Shown here in pieces: positions 12,434 through 25,969 of a stretch of DNA of 64,000 nucleotides. Within the stretch, counting starts at the first letter, position 1. The number at the start of each line of letters is the position of its first letter. Source of the DNA: Octopus sinensis (lineage: Eukaryota); NCBI RefSeq assembly GCF_006345805.1, contig NC_042997.1:89342001-89406000 (forward strand), written 5' to 3'. Under the pieces are notes generated by a model. It made no database searches. It worked only from the letters and a program-made list of their open reading frames with translations, and had not been told where the DNA came from. Position numbers and translations under genes: made by a program.

Positions 12434-13486
12434 GTAAGATCACTTTAAGGTTATCTCTACATATTTTCTGTAGAAATTATATTAATATACTTTGTAGTAT
12501 ATTATAGTTACATAACAAAATACAGTGTCCATACCAGTCATTAAGATCAGTTTGTTTTTTTCAGTTTACTGGGATAGTTTATTTATTTACTACTCGAGTA
12601 CTGGGGTTGGTACAATCACTTGTTCCACATACAGTTTCTTCCCCAGTTTCTAGTCACTTACCTAAATTTGAAATAATTATCATTGGAGACAGCCAGCTGG
12701 CAGTTTTACAAATTAGAGCATCTGAAAAAATGCCTTGCACTATTTGTTCCAGTTCTCTACATTCAAATCACATCAAAGCCAGCTTTTCCTTTCATCCCTT
12801 TGGGCTCACTAGAGTTGATGTAATTGATTAACACTCTCTCCTCAAAATAACTGGTCTTGTGCCTAAATTAGAAACCATTATCACCTATCAACAATATAAT
12901 TATGAATGCTTTTATGCACCACAAATCCTAATGAGATACCCTCTTAAGGTAAATAATGCAGTAACCTGTGTTCTAATTCATGCTCCACTTAAATTGAAGG
13001 TCAAGATTACCGTTTGGTATTAATACTGCTTCTGTTGCTATTAATTCTTCTTTAATCAGCCCACTGGCTATTTGCAACACCAGTTCCTAAGTAGACACTG
13101 AGATTCTATATATAATTGATGGGAGATTCAGCTGTTATTGAGCAGCTGGTCATCCGTTACTGAGGAATCCATAGCAAGGTGAAATCACATGATCTGGTAG
13201 CCATAGCAGTTGATGCTCATCTGTCAATAATATAATTACGAGTGCTTTTATGCACTATGAACCCTTATGTGAGATCCTCTCAAGGTAAATAATGCAGTAA
13301 TCTATGTTTTAACACAAGCTCTATTTAAAGCTGGAGATAGAGATTATTATTGTTGATAGGCTGAATCACTAGAACACAGGCCTTGTGTTTGTGTATGTCT
13401 GTAATCAATCAACTATATCTTTTCATTTTATAATTTTGTGATATGATAATTTATGGTTTATTTTTTTCTTTTCACCTTTTGTAAAG

Positions 13487-13622
13487 CCAACGTGGGTCTT
13501 TAATGGGTTCAGAACATTTTTTCAAGAAATTTGTTGTTGACCTGAAGAAAGATAGTCCATGTTGTCCATTATGTCATCGAGGCTTTGAACAGGAGCAAGA
13601 AATTCGGGAATTAATATTAGAG
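13487..13622 (+). CDS. RAD50: RAD50 exon G, zinc hook (CCPLC; CPLC at 13563-13574)
   Basis: gtaaag| acceptor, GAG|gtgagt donor; SPCCPLCHRGF matches human QSCCPVCQRVF. Confidence 0.97.
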
Positions 13623-14923
13623 GTGAGTTTCCCCTGTAATTTCAGCTTATTCTGCCCAATCTGTGAAAAATCCTCATCTCAAAGACATTTACTTTTCCAT
13701 TTCTCTGTATATTGTCCAAATTTGTGCCTTATAGAGGACCATTGGTATAATATAACAGTTTATATTATACCAGCTGAACAATCCTGATCATGTTGGCTTG
13801 TAGGTGCTGGTGACACATATAAAACACCTGTACCAGTGCTGTGGAAAAGCACCTGTACCAATTCTGTTTAAAAGCACCCATTACACTCTATAAAGTGGTT
13901 GGCAATCTCCATGTCCATCCATCTGCCAGTCTCCTGTAACTTGTGGGTATACCTTGATACATTTTCCCCTTCATTTTCTTTTCCAACTGGAGTAGCCATT
14001 TATCTACAACAAGATTCCTATTTTTGTCCCTCTCTCATACTTTAACCTCTCATCACCTGGCGTAAAGCCAGCTCTGTCAGTGCTACACCCCTTCAATTGA
14101 GGGTGCATGTAACAAATATTTGTGACAAGTGTCATGTTGCATGGTGGTGAAGCCTGGGTGATGGAAGCAGACAATCTAAAGTGACCAAAGAGCTGAATAT
14201 TGGCTATTGTTATTTTTATGTGAAAACAACCAAAATTGAGCTAAGGAAGAATTTGGAGCATCACAAGGATGGTCAGTTGGACTGATGTGGACTTGTAATG
14301 TGAATGGCTAATATATGCCAAGTGAAAACATTTTTCAAATTGAAGTGTGTGATGGAAATTTTCCATCAGTAACCTTGTCTTTCAAGTGTCAGACATCAAG
14401 TGTGTGTGTGTGTGTGTGGATATGTTCCAAAGGAATGAGTGAGTTGTGTACATGTCTTGTATTTTTCTGGATCATTGTTTGTGAGCTACATCAATCACAC
14501 ATCCATTTTTGTCCAAATGGAAACCTCTCACAGTAGTGGTTGATCCAGTTGTATTTCACTTTATAAACAGCTTAATTAGTGGTTCATCCAATCTTTTGTT
14601 TCAAGAAGGAAAGCATATTAAGATTATTTTATTTCTTTTTTTAAAGAAATACTTTTGATATACTTTCTTCCTTTGTATGAATAAAATGAACTAATAATTT
14701 CATTATTTGTTAACATTAGAGAGTAGTTTTAGTAGATATATCACAAAATACTTGAGAATATAGTGAGGTTAGACCTGGGGATGTAGGGATTTTTGGCTTC
14801 TTACAGGAGATGACAAATAGTGATATGCTGTACTGAAGACCTGTCCAACCTACATCACCATAGAATAATGGGTTTTGCAATGCTTCTTAATTATCATGAC
14901 ATTTCCTTTCTTTTATCTTGTAG

Positions 14924-15037
14924 CTTGAGAATAAATTACGGATGGTCCCATCTAAACTGCATAAAAGTGAAAGAGAACTTGAACAATACCAGAAAGAATA
15001 TGACACTCTACAACAGTTGAAACCAATTAAGGAAAAT
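14924..15037 (+). CDS. RAD50: RAD50 exon H (LENKLRMVPSKLHKSERELEQYQKEYDTLQQLKPIKEN)
   Basis: tgtag| acceptor, |gtaagt donor; aligns to human LQSKLRLAPDKLKSTESEL. Confidence 0.96.
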
Positions 15038-15299
15038 GTAAGTTTTTCATATACATTTCTGTAATGCTGCAGTCTTGTTATTGTTGCTTTGAAACTTCAG
15101 ATGAGAACTGATAGGCAGAAGCAGTGTCGCATGGTTTAGTAGTTTGCTTCCCAACCATATGGTTTTGTGTTCAGTCCCACTGCATGACAACTTGCACAAA
15201 TGTCTTCCACTATAGCCCCAGGCCCATTAAAAACCTTGAGTTAATTTAGTAGACGGAAACTGAAAAAGACCCGTTATACAGGAATGGTGGAAGGACTGA

Positions 15300-15790
15300 A
15301 TTATTAAGTGCAAGAATTGCAGATGTTGGTGTAGTAAAAGAACCAGTTTCAGCATTCAGTCATCAGAAGGAGGAAGGTAGGTATAAAAGCCAAACTCACT
15401 ATCCTCATTTCGGTGTTTGTACCTACTCATATCTATGGTCATAAACCTGGGGTAATGACCAAAGGAATACAATTACGAGTAGAAGGAGCAGAAATGGGTG
15501 ACCTTCGAAAGGTCTTTGGAGCAATGTCACTTGATAGAGTACATAGCACAGAAATCAGAAAGGTATTCCAAGTACAACCAGTACTTCTCCAAATTGAGAG
15601 ATCGCATCTCCAATATGATGGACATGTGGTTAGAATGTCTCAGGAAAAAATTGCTGGACAAGTTTTACTGGCAAAACCAACCGACAGGAGACCCAAGGAT
15701 AGACTGCAGACGAAATGGTTGGATAACATCCATGAGCTTGGTTGGTCTTGCTTGTGGGTCCAGCCTGGTTCTTGTCTTGATACCATGTGA
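15300..15790 (+). mobile_element. RTE-clade LINE 3' ORF fragment
   Basis: FVPTHIYGH, AEMGDLRKV, IERSHLQYDGHVVRM, KPTDRRPKDR..KWLDNI resemble the RTE C-terminal thumb region (LRWYGHVxRM, GKRPRGRP). Confidence 0.85.
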
Positions 15791-17487
15791 TTGTTGCAAA
15801 TGATTGTCATGGTCGTAGAAGCAGCGTCATTCATTGTCAATATTCTTTAAAAGCATGTCCAGGCATGGGGGAAATATTAACTTGCCTGAAAACATGTGAG
15901 GGTTGGTGACAGGAAGAACATCTCGCTGTAGAAGATCTGTGTCAATAAACTCTGTCTGACCCATACAAGTATGGAAAAATGAACATTAAAAAATGATGAA
16001 CCAGCACTTTAACATCTGCCTTCCATGCTGGCATGGATTGTCTGTTTTGGCAGAGTTTTTACTGCTGGATGCCCTTCCTAACACCAACCACTTTACGGTA
16101 TTGACTAGATACTTTTTATGTGGCATCAGCACTGGTAGGATCACCAAGTAACTTGCAAGACAAAGCTCCTTTGAGAGGGGAGCAGGCATTGGAGGAAATG
16201 ATTCCATTTCTTTCAAAGGATCGTTGTCTTGCAAGTTACTTGGTGACCCTGCCAATGCTAAGATACTTTCATTATCTTCAATTGATATGAATATTAGTGG
16301 AAACATTTAGGTACTGTGGAAATTTAACGTTTCAAACCTTAAAGGACACAGGATAGTTCAGAATGAAATTTGAAGTTCAAAACATCAATTTTGAACATAC
16401 TTATGTTTTCAACTCCATGGATTTGTATTGTTTGTGTAGCTCCAAGTCAGTTGAAATTGAGCAGACATATGATGAAAGGCATTTCAGCTACGACCATCTT
16501 GTCTTTTTTTTTTATTAATCAAAGAGTATCTAGAACTTCATTATCTAATGTATCTTTCCATTTTTAAGATGACAAAGTGTAATTTAAGGGAGATTTGGAT
16601 GCTATTTCTTCAAAAGAGAAGTGGTTATGTAAAAGCTTTTTGTTGGCTTGTGCATATGTGTTGTTATTGTTACTGTTGAGCTAGCTCAGTCAATTTTTCA
16701 CAGAAAGAGATAGCTGAATGTTTAGAAACATCTCTTAAGTTCAATTTGACACACGTCCATATAAGATGCTTAATGTCATTTTGCATCAGACTTTTCTCTT
16801 TAATCAGTATTTTAACTCTGACTGTCTTGTTTTTATTGTGGGTTCCAAAAAGTGGTCTTTACTTTAAAGACAGTAAAGTGTTTGCTAAGAGAATTTGCTG
16901 CCATGTCAAACAAGTGAAATGACCACATAAAAACTTCACCACATATGTATGAGGCTATTTGAAAAATGATTATATTTTTTTGAATAATATGTATCTGTCT
17001 GTGTATTTTCCACATGCACTGATACCATTTTAAAGGCATACGGAACATTTTAAGAAGATTTGGTCAGCACATACTGTAGGTCGAGTGACAACATAGATCC
17101 TTTATTAGTTCCCATGTATGAAATGTATGTGTATCTTCATCATCATCATTTAGTTCCGTTTTTCATGCTGGCATGGGTTAGATGGTCTGACTGGAACTGG
17201 TAAGCCAAAGAGCTGTACCAGGTTTCATTCTTATTTGGCTTGGTTCCTATGACTGTGTAATGTAGTTGATGCCTTTTACATGTCACTGGTACAGGTGCCA
17301 TTTATGTGTCACCGGTACTGGTCACGACTATGATTTCACTTGGCTCAATGGGTCTTCTCAAGCATAGCAAATTGTGAAAGGTCTCAATCACTTGTTATCT
17401 TGAATAGTATATTTTCTAAACGCAATTTTTTTTTGCTTAATATTGTAATATTGTTCACAATAATTTCTGTTCCTTTTCAATTTCTAG

Positions 17488-17583
17488 CTGACTCTTCTTT
17501 CTACAACTGATCTACCTGACATTAAAAATAAATTAGACAGTGTCAACAATGCCATTGTGAAACTGAACAAAAGTATTCAAGAG
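17488..17583 (+). CDS. RAD50: RAD50 exon I (LTLLSTTDLPDIKNKLDSVNNAIVKLNKSIQE)
   Basis: ttctag| acceptor, GAG|gtttgt donor; aligns to human [25 protein letters not shown]. Confidence 0.93.
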
Positions 17584-18202
17584 GTTTGTATAATTTATTT
17601 TTAAATACAAAACTAAAATTGCAGTATATAAACTAGATAGTTGGATACAGTAGATACATAGACAAGCAGGATGGGAAGATTAATACAAATTGTTTTCTTT
17701 ACTGTATTAAAATTTACAGTCACAAATGGGATAGTTTGTTTACTTATTTTTTAATCATTATTTATTTCAACATATTAATTATTCACTGGATGAACTACAA
17801 GTTATACAGACAAACATAATCAGTTATATGTAAAAAAAAATGCAGAGAGGTACATAGCATAACAATTTCTTTTAGATATTGGTTTGAAATTTTTTGCCAC
17901 GAGGCCAGCAATTTTGGGGGAAGGGCTAAGACAGACAAAATACCATTAAGCATTTCACCCCACATGCTAATGATTCCACCAGCTTTTAGATAATGCTAGC
18001 TTTAATGGTTACTAGTGTAAAACAGTCAAATAATGACTTCTTATTTAGGGGAAAAATTTTGATTTGGTTTTACTTGATAAATTTCTGGTTTATATTTGGT
18101 TAATATTCTAATTAAGTAACAGAATGTGAGTGGAATGCAGATTTAACGACACATTGAACACATTAATTCTACTCCTAAAGGCCTATATTCTGTAACTTAT
18201 AG

Positions 18203-18356
18203 GCAGAAGAAGACCAGCAAGACCTTATGAGTGATGAGTCCTTGGGTAAAAGTATCCTGCCCGACATCCTCATGATTGATCGCTATCTTGCTGAAGTGAA
18301 AGAACTCAACAAGAAGTCAAGGATCCAGAAATCATTGATATCTGATGTAGATATGG
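18203..18356 (+). CDS. RAD50: RAD50 exon J (AEEDQQDLMSDESLGKSILPDILMIDRYLAEVKELNKKSRIQKSLISDVDM)
   Basis: tatag| acceptor, G|gtaagc donor; aligns to human [24 protein letters not shown]. Confidence 0.94.
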
Positions 18357-19518
18357 GTAAGCTTCATATGTTTCATTCTTTGCATTAGCTGCACATGTGG
18401 AAGCCAATTGTGCAATTTCAGAGCAACTTAAATGGGATTTCACTCTTGTGTATCTGAATATGGGGTTGTACATTTAAAATGCATTGGTTATCTAGTGTTT
18501 GCATTGTTTGACTGTGTTGAGGTGTTGTATCATAGTCAAAGTGATGATGATGCTGTGTTAATCTTGGTATGAGATAAAGCCAGCTGTGTGTATTACAACG
18601 AAAGCAACCTTGTGAATGTTTAATGACAGATTTTATTAAGAGAAGGCTATTTTTGTATACACAAATATATTTTGAAAATCCTCACTGGTAACGAGACTAG
18701 GATGTAGGAATGCACTTAACTGTATTTGCTCAGCCATTTATTATCTAGAAAGTGAGAGATGAAAAGATATGAGTTCCTTGAAACTTGTTACGGCTCTTTT
18801 CTTGTCTTTTTTTTTGTGAGAGCTGAGATCTGTCCTGCTTGAAATGCAGTTAATGATCTGCTGTGATTTAGGTGTCAGAACTCTTTAACTAGTGCAAAAG
18901 GGTGCGAATTTCAAGAAGATTTGAGATGATGTTCATGACATCACTTCAAGATGATTATATTTATTCCTCCTTAAATTTAGGGCGTTCTGTTAAAACAAAC
19001 TTGACTGCAGTAGATACCATGAGAGAAACTGGTATAGGCTTTTGGTGCAAAATGCATGCTTGTTAATATTACTAGAGGGGAAACAAATCTCCACCAACTC
19101 AAGCACCAAGGCTACCAGATCATGTGATTTCAACCTTCTTTGCTTTTATTGGTGATGGATGCTCAACTGCTGGTGGTCTCGGTGCTGGAGTTGGAGGAGA
19201 TTTGTCTCCCTGCTAGTGAGGCCAAAAGCCCATACAAGAGTTTCTCTCACAGTAAAGTTTGTTCTAACAGAACTCCCACATTGCTAAAATATGTTTCAAG
19301 ATGATTAGTAAATTCTTAGGTTGCCCATGTGAAAATGCTGTGGCTCACTCATGACAATGAACAAACAATTTTGTGTTAGGAGTTCAAATCCCTACAACTT
19401 TATAAATGTGATATTTATTGTACTTTGTATAGAATACACGAGCTAGCTGTTATTTAATCTAATGAGAAAGCTTTTGCTTTTAACACAACTGCTTATATTT
19501 CTTTTTCTTGCTTGAAAG

Positions 19519-19582
19519 ATTCCCTTGGTGATCGCAGTCTTGAGGATGTGTCTAGTGAAAAAGACACCATACAGTCCAAGTT
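19519..19582 (+). CDS. RAD50: RAD50 exon K (SLGDRSLEDVSSEKDTIQSK)
   Basis: gaaag| acceptor, |gtaagt donor; aligns to human DRTVQQVNQEKQEKQHKL. Confidence 0.92.
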
Positions 19583-20078
19583 GTAAGTTATATATATCGT
19601 TTACATATTTTTATTGTTTCATTTAGTGATTAAACTCATTTAACAGTCACAATACAAAAATATCAGTCATTATAGTGTTTTCTCATTTTCTTAATTCCAT
19701 AAGCACATCTCAATTCTAACTTTCCCCTTTTTCCACAGTAAGAGGTACTCTAGACACATTTGTAAATCATAGGAGCTTGTAAGTCCTTTTGAAAACTTAC
19801 CTCAGACATTTTTTTTTTTTGCTAAGTGTATTCACTGAAAGTAGCATAGTGCTTTAAAATTGTTGAAGTAGCTTCTTTGATATTAATGTGTGAAAACAAT
19901 AAGCCTATATTAAAGATAAATTTATATCTGTATGGTAAAAAGCTTGCTTCCCAACCACATGGCTCTGGGTTCAGTCCTACAACTGTGTGGCATCTTGAGA
20001 AAGTGTCTCTTATTATAGCCCTGGGCTGACCAAATCCTTGTGAATGGATTTGGTAGATGGAAACTGAAAGAAGCCTGT

Positions 20079-20130
<52 letters not shown>

Positions 20131-21005
20131 CACACACATGTGCACACATACATGTATGTGAGTGTGTATATGTTTCCATGTGTTGATGTTATGTGATCGT
20201 TGTAAAATGATTGTCACTGTCTTGCAAACAGTGTCATTCATTTCCAATATTCTGCGAGAACATGTCTGGTTGAGGAAATAATACCTTGCTTGAAAACAGG
20301 TGAGGGTTGGTGACAGCAAGGGCATCTGGTTGTAGAAAAATCTGCCTCAGTAAACTTTGTCTGACCCATACAAGCATAGAAAAGTGGACATGTGGATATT
20401 AAAATGATGATGATGGTGATAAAAAAAAAAACTAGATTGAATAAAAATAATGTTGAAGAGCGAAAAGCTAAACTTAGCCTCTTTGTATCTGTTGGCAACT
20501 ATAGGCCAGGGTAAAATCATTATTTGAGGATTCTTTAGTATCTCATAAACTAAAACCAATTCAGCAAAACTAATGTCACTTTTAGATTTAAAAATTCTAA
20601 AATATTCTGGTTTTTATTCAAATATCCTTGACAACTATTGGCGCTGGTGTAGCTGTGTGGTAAGACGCTTACTTCCCAACCACATGGTTCTGGTTTCAAT
20701 TCCACTGCATGGCACCTTTGCCAAGTGTCTTCTATTATAGCCTTTCGCCAACCAAAGCCTTGTGAGTGGATTTGGTAGATGGAAACTAAAATGAGCTTGT
20801 CAGACTTAAAAAAAAAATAATCCCTGGTAGGGTTGATTTGTTCAGCTAAAAGAGTCTTCAAGGCAGTGCCCCAGCATGGCCACAGTCTAATGACTAAAAC
20901 AAGTAAAAGATTTTTAAAAAAAAAGAGATAAATGACAAACTAAACAAAGAATTTTTGTCAGACTGTATAAATAATATGTTGCTCTTCACCTCTTTCTTTG
21001 GCCAG

Positions 21006-21207
21006 GCGTTCCACTAATCATGAGTTGGAGCTTCAACGACAAAAACTTAGCAATTATTCTGATAAAGTGAACGAACTGCACAGTCGGGTTAATTCATTAA
21101 ATTCAGAGAAACTGCAGATTGAAAAGAACCTTCAAGAGAAGATAAAGCTTGAGGAGAACAAGGATGATTTACATAATCAGAACGTGACTCATAAGGCTTC
21201 GATAAAG
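21006..21207 (+). CDS. RAD50: RAD50 exon L (RSTNHELELQRQK...SEKLQIEKNLQ...HKASIK)
   Basis: gccag| acceptor, AAG|gtagat donor; NSEKLQI matches human KSEKLQI. Confidence 0.95.
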
Positions 21208-21646
21208 GTAGATCATTTCACTGAATAGACCGTTGTGTGTGTGTGACAGAGATGAAGTGAGAGAAAGAAAAATAAAGGGGAGAAAATTACTCTGTAGCTA
21301 ACCCAAGTTTTTCAGTTTTGTGTATCTGTGTGAGGCAATTGTTGTTGTTGCTAGGCCTAACTCATAAAGCAAATACTGTCATGAGTGATATCCAGGCAAC
21401 AGTGGAGAAGGCATGCCACTGGATTTGGTTAAATGGAGACTAAGCAATGGCTAGAATAATATTAAGCAAAACCTAGCAACCAGTTGATCTAGAAAGCAGG
21501 GCCTCATAGGGTGGAGGTTGGTCATTGTGCAGTAATGCTATTGAGAGGAAGGCCCCGAAAGTCCATGCATTCTCTCTTGGTGAGCCATAAACTTGCTAAC
21601 ATCTGATATGTGGAACTTCATATATATATCAGTGATATATATGAAA

Positions 21647-22062
21647 GAGTGCTGAAAAGTTCCTGGCTTTAAGGGTATCACAAAAGGCTTGGTTGGAGGC
21701 CCAACCTTCCACTCTCTTTTACAGGGCTTAGAAAAACTGAAAGATTACTGCAATAAGTGTGTGAATCTGAGAGGGGGATATGTTTAATAAAAACATAATT
21801 AACTGATCCTCCTGTATTTTCTTTTACCCAAAACCAGAAATTTTTCACCACCCCCTTGTGTGTGTGTACACATACACACACAATGGGGTGCTGAAAAGTT
21901 CCTGGTTTTAAGGGTATGGCAAAACCTGGAGGCCAAACCCGAAGGACCGCTGCTATGAGTGCATGAATCTGAGAGAAAAATATGTTGAATAAAATCATAA
22001 TTAATTGATATTCCTGTATTTTCTCTTGCCCATAACCAGGAACTTTTCAGCAACCACTCATA
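21647..22062. mobile_element. Two adjacent mariner-derived non-autonomous elements
   Basis: Each begins gtgctgaaaagttcctgg and ends with the inverse (cc)agaaa/gaacttttcagca/cca; internal segment resembles a transposase end (KCVNLRGxYV). Confidence 0.7.
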
Positions 22063-22123
22063 CACTTAACCCATGCTTGCATGGGAAACTAACATAGAAC
22101 ATATATACATGTGTGTATGTATG

Positions 22124-22154
<31 letters not shown>

Positions 22155-22913
22155 GAAGGGTTCTGTTTGTTTGGTTACGTTTGTGCTTCTCTGAAAATTG
22201 GTGAGTTACAAATGGTGATGTTTTTGTTATTTTTCGTGTTAACCAATCATGTACTGGCTTTGTGCATTTGAAAACAGGAATGCTATCTGGTTGTAAAACA
22301 ATATCGTTCTTCTTTTACTCGTTTCAGTCTTTGGATTAGGTGCCTCTACATGCCACTGACACAAGAGCGTTAATATGTCACTGGCATGAGTGCTTTTTTA
22401 GTGGCACTGGCACCTGAAAGGACAAGCCTGTATGTGTGGAAGACAGCGTTTTTACTTAGTTTGACAATTAGAGCTCGACACTTCTTTATGCAGCTATCCT
22501 CATCCATATGCATCACATGACCAAACCAATGCAGTCTTCTCTCTTACACACACTTGATGCCTCTTACACCCAGTTTTCCTCCTAAATCATGTGAATAATA
22601 AGCATTACACTTCAATGAGTAATCTGAATGATAAAGGGTTAAACATTTCGTAGCAGTGCCCCAGCATGGCCACAGTCCAATTACTGAAGCAAGTACAAAA
22701 AGATAAAAGAAGAACCCAGGCTAGTACAGATAAATGAATAAATGAATGCATATAAAATTTATTTGAATCTGTATCTTCACTGGCATAACTTGGATTTTAA
22801 GTTCTTTCTTTGATTTGGTATGCATATAGATGTGAATAGGGTTGACAACGTGTATGTGTGTGTTTATAATGACATGTGGGCTGATTCTATATTTTTGTTT
22901 TTAAATCTTTCAG

Positions 22914-22943
22914 AAACTCAAAGAAGAATTGAAACCTCTACAG
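22914..22943 (+). CDS. RAD50: RAD50 exon M, 30-nt microexon (KLKEELKPLQ)
   Basis: Long polypyrimidine tract then ttcag|, CAG|gtaaat donor; aligns to human DAKEQVSPLE. Confidence 0.88.
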
Positions 22944-23317
22944 GTAAATCTTTTTATTGCTTTTTTTTAATATTGTATAGTCAAAGGAGGAAGGGCTATG
23001 CCAATCACCTCTTGGCAGGATGTCTGGGACTTGTATGTGAAAAGGAGGTTAAAAAGTCATGGCTTATAGTTTATCCTTAGATTTGAGATCTGTCTAAATG
23101 CTTGTAATATAGTAGGCCTGGCTGAAGGTATCCAAGGGTCATATGACTGTGTTAAACTGAGTAATAGATTAAGTCTACCTACTCCTGTTAATACTCTTAT
23201 TTCTCGATCTCCTGTCATATCCATTACCCTCTCACACTCTATATTCTTCACTGTCATCATTATCACTCTCTCCCACCATTCCCATTACCCTACCTCTCAC
23301 CTTCTCATTCCAAAATT

Positions 23318-23697
23318 TGGGATTGAACCTGGAACCATGTGGGTGAGAAGCGAACTTCTAACCACACAGCCATGCCTGTGTCTTAGTCAAAGCACCAACT
23401 ACTTACTGAGTCATTGTACATGCTCAGTAATTGAATATTTCTCTTAGATGAACTAAGAATATACTACCTAGGTTCATTACCAATGAAATTATAATAAATA
23501 TTAGTGTGTACATTTGTACGAAGCCCTTTATTCAGACAATGTTCATTCTTTATATATGTATAAAATACGCATTCTGTGTGTGTGTGTGTAGATGCAGGCA
23601 TGACTGTGTAGCTAATAAATTTGTTTCACTACCAAGTGATTTGGCATTCAATCCCACCTTGGGCAAGTGTCTTTTACTTTCACCTTGGGCTAACCAA
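23318..23697 (+). repeat. Inverted duplication block 2, copy A (partner 34767-35092)
   Basis: Roughly 85-90% identity with indels; includes non-SINE sequence (aagccctttattcagacaatgttcattct). Confidence 0.85.
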
Positions 23698-24169
23698 TTC
23701 CTTTGTTAGTGAATTTGGTTGATTGAAACTGTGCAAAAGCCCATTGTGTGTGGAGGTGTGAGGGGTGGCTCTGCATGGTTGTTTGCCATTGCACTTCTCC
23801 AAAATTCTGAGCTACGGGAGGTGATATGGTGTAATTTCTTTGCATTTTCGAAGATGTGTGGAATAAGAATATCTCTTACTCAAAAAACAGGTAAGGGTTA
23901 GCAACAGAATAGGCATCTGGTAGTAAAGGAACTCTTCAATAATTTCAGCTAACCCATGCTTGCAAGGGATAATGGAATTAAAAAAAAGTTATTGGGACAG
24001 ACACTCAGATATGACTTCTGTATGCCCTCTGTAGCTGGTGAGATCAGCAGTTGCCATATCTTCCAGCATATAAGTCAAACTTTTTAGGCAAAAATTTACA
24101 GTCAACAAAAGTAGGTTGACTTATACACCAAGATGATTTTGGAGGACCAAAAAGTCCATGTGAAATGCA

Positions 24170-24541
24170 GCAGAGCAATGTAAAATGAAATGTTTTGCTC
24201 AAGATCACAATACACTGCCCAGTCCAAGAATTGAAACCACAATCTTGCAATCATGAATGAAACACATGAACCACTAGGCCATGCACCCTCATATATTTTA
24301 TAGCCACACATCAACTTCTCCAAGCTTTGGAGCAAACTATCACCACTCAACAACTTTCCATTCCTCCATACATGCACTGTGTTATTATATCAACCAGACT
24401 ATTAGATGTGGTTACACACTGCTGGTCAGAAAGCACTTCCTTGCATTGTTGTAGCTTTCAAATGATACCAACCCACTCCTTAAGCAGGCAGGCCAACATT
24501 CTCCATGAACAGAATACTGGTCTGTCACAAGGCTACTCATT
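24170..24541 (+). repeat. Inverted duplication block 1, copy A (partner 33843-34212)
   Basis: About 370 bp with roughly a dozen mismatches by eye (~97%); ORF track shows the same spurious peptides on opposite strands. Confidence 0.93.
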
Positions 24542-24918
24542 ATGGTACCAGTGTAACAAGGGATGGCATTGGATCTGCTTGTAGTCAACACCTCTCTTCT
24601 GTCACTCTGTACTTCCAACTACCTTCCCTTTGCCATGTGACTCTTAGTTGACATCTACTCTTACCATCACCTTACTATGATACACTTTTATTTGTGTCTA
24701 ATTGAGCTACTCCTGTTGTTTTTATGTTTAACCTCTTACCAGCAACCAGTTTGTAGTTATCACTGTCCTTTGCCCTCTCTTTCACCATCCCATTAGTCTG
24801 TTTCTCTTATCACACTCTGATATTCATACTCTTTCCTCTTCATCATCTGAGTCATCACTTTTCTTCTAACCACACTCCCAGTCATGTTTGTTTTGAAAAG
24901 AACTGAGATTATATAGAG

Positions 24919-25197
24919 CAGTGGTTCCCAAAGTAGGTAGTACTGCTCCCCTGGATTGGGTGTGAGGGGAGATCCAGAGGTGGGGGGGCATTGAAGAAAG
25001 GAGGATCAATAATGGGGTGGCCAAAAGGGGACGGTGGATGTAAAAACAGCAACAAAATAATGGGTTGATTAGTTAATTTTTATTTGTGAAAGACAGCTTG
25101 TTTGAATTTGCTGCAGAAAGTGGTCTGCGTTTGTGGTAGGGAAGGGGCTAGGAATGTGGCCAAGGGGGCAGCAGCCAGAAAAGTTTGGGAACCACTG
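24919..25197. mobile_element. hAT MITE, family 1 (opposite orientation to the 4917 copy)
   Basis: TIR cagtggttcccaaa / tttgggaaccactg; diverged TSD atatagag/atgtaaaa; internal sequence homologous to the 4917 and 46390 copies. Confidence 0.85.
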
Positions 25198-25969
25198 ATG
25201 TAAAAGTGAGACAAGACAACCTGTCTAGTATTGGTGCCCTTTAAAATGTAAACAAGTACACTGTAAAGTGGGTGGCATTTGAATGACTTAACAACTTCTC
25301 TAGAGTTGGTGTCATGATAAAAGACACTAGTATACTCTAATGTCATTGGTGTTAGGAAGGGCATCCAGCTGTAGAAACTATGCCAAAAGGGAAACATTAA
25401 CAAAATGTGTTCTCCTACCAGCTTAGGAAGGCAGTAACTCCAAATAAGAGCTGGTTTGAACTATGATGACTCATCTATCCCATGCCAGTATGATAACAAA
25501 CATAAATGATGACAAGTGTTGTGGATGGTAAAACATAATCAACATCTTTATCATCAAGTTAAGCCAGTTTGAGTGTTACACTTTTACCCTTAAGCATTTA
25601 AACCAGCCATATCCGGCCAAAATATTCTACCTGTTTTATCTTCACACTGGTCATATCTAGCCTTTCACACCTACCTTACTGAGTCATTTTAAAAATAAAT
25701 AGTCGCATCATCGAAATCTCCAAGCTATGAAATAATGCATGATTAATTTAAAATGATTTTTGAAACAGTAATTTGAATACTAAAGCTTAACTATGGAAGC
25801 AAATTGAAGACCTAAGTGAAAAAATAATAAAATGCAGAATTTCCATGTGCCTCATTAATAAATGATAATTAAGCACAAAATACTATATGCTTCCCTGAAA
25901 TATGTTGATTTATGACTAAGATATCAATATTGTTAATTTTTTGGCATTTTATTTTTATTTTTACCAAAG

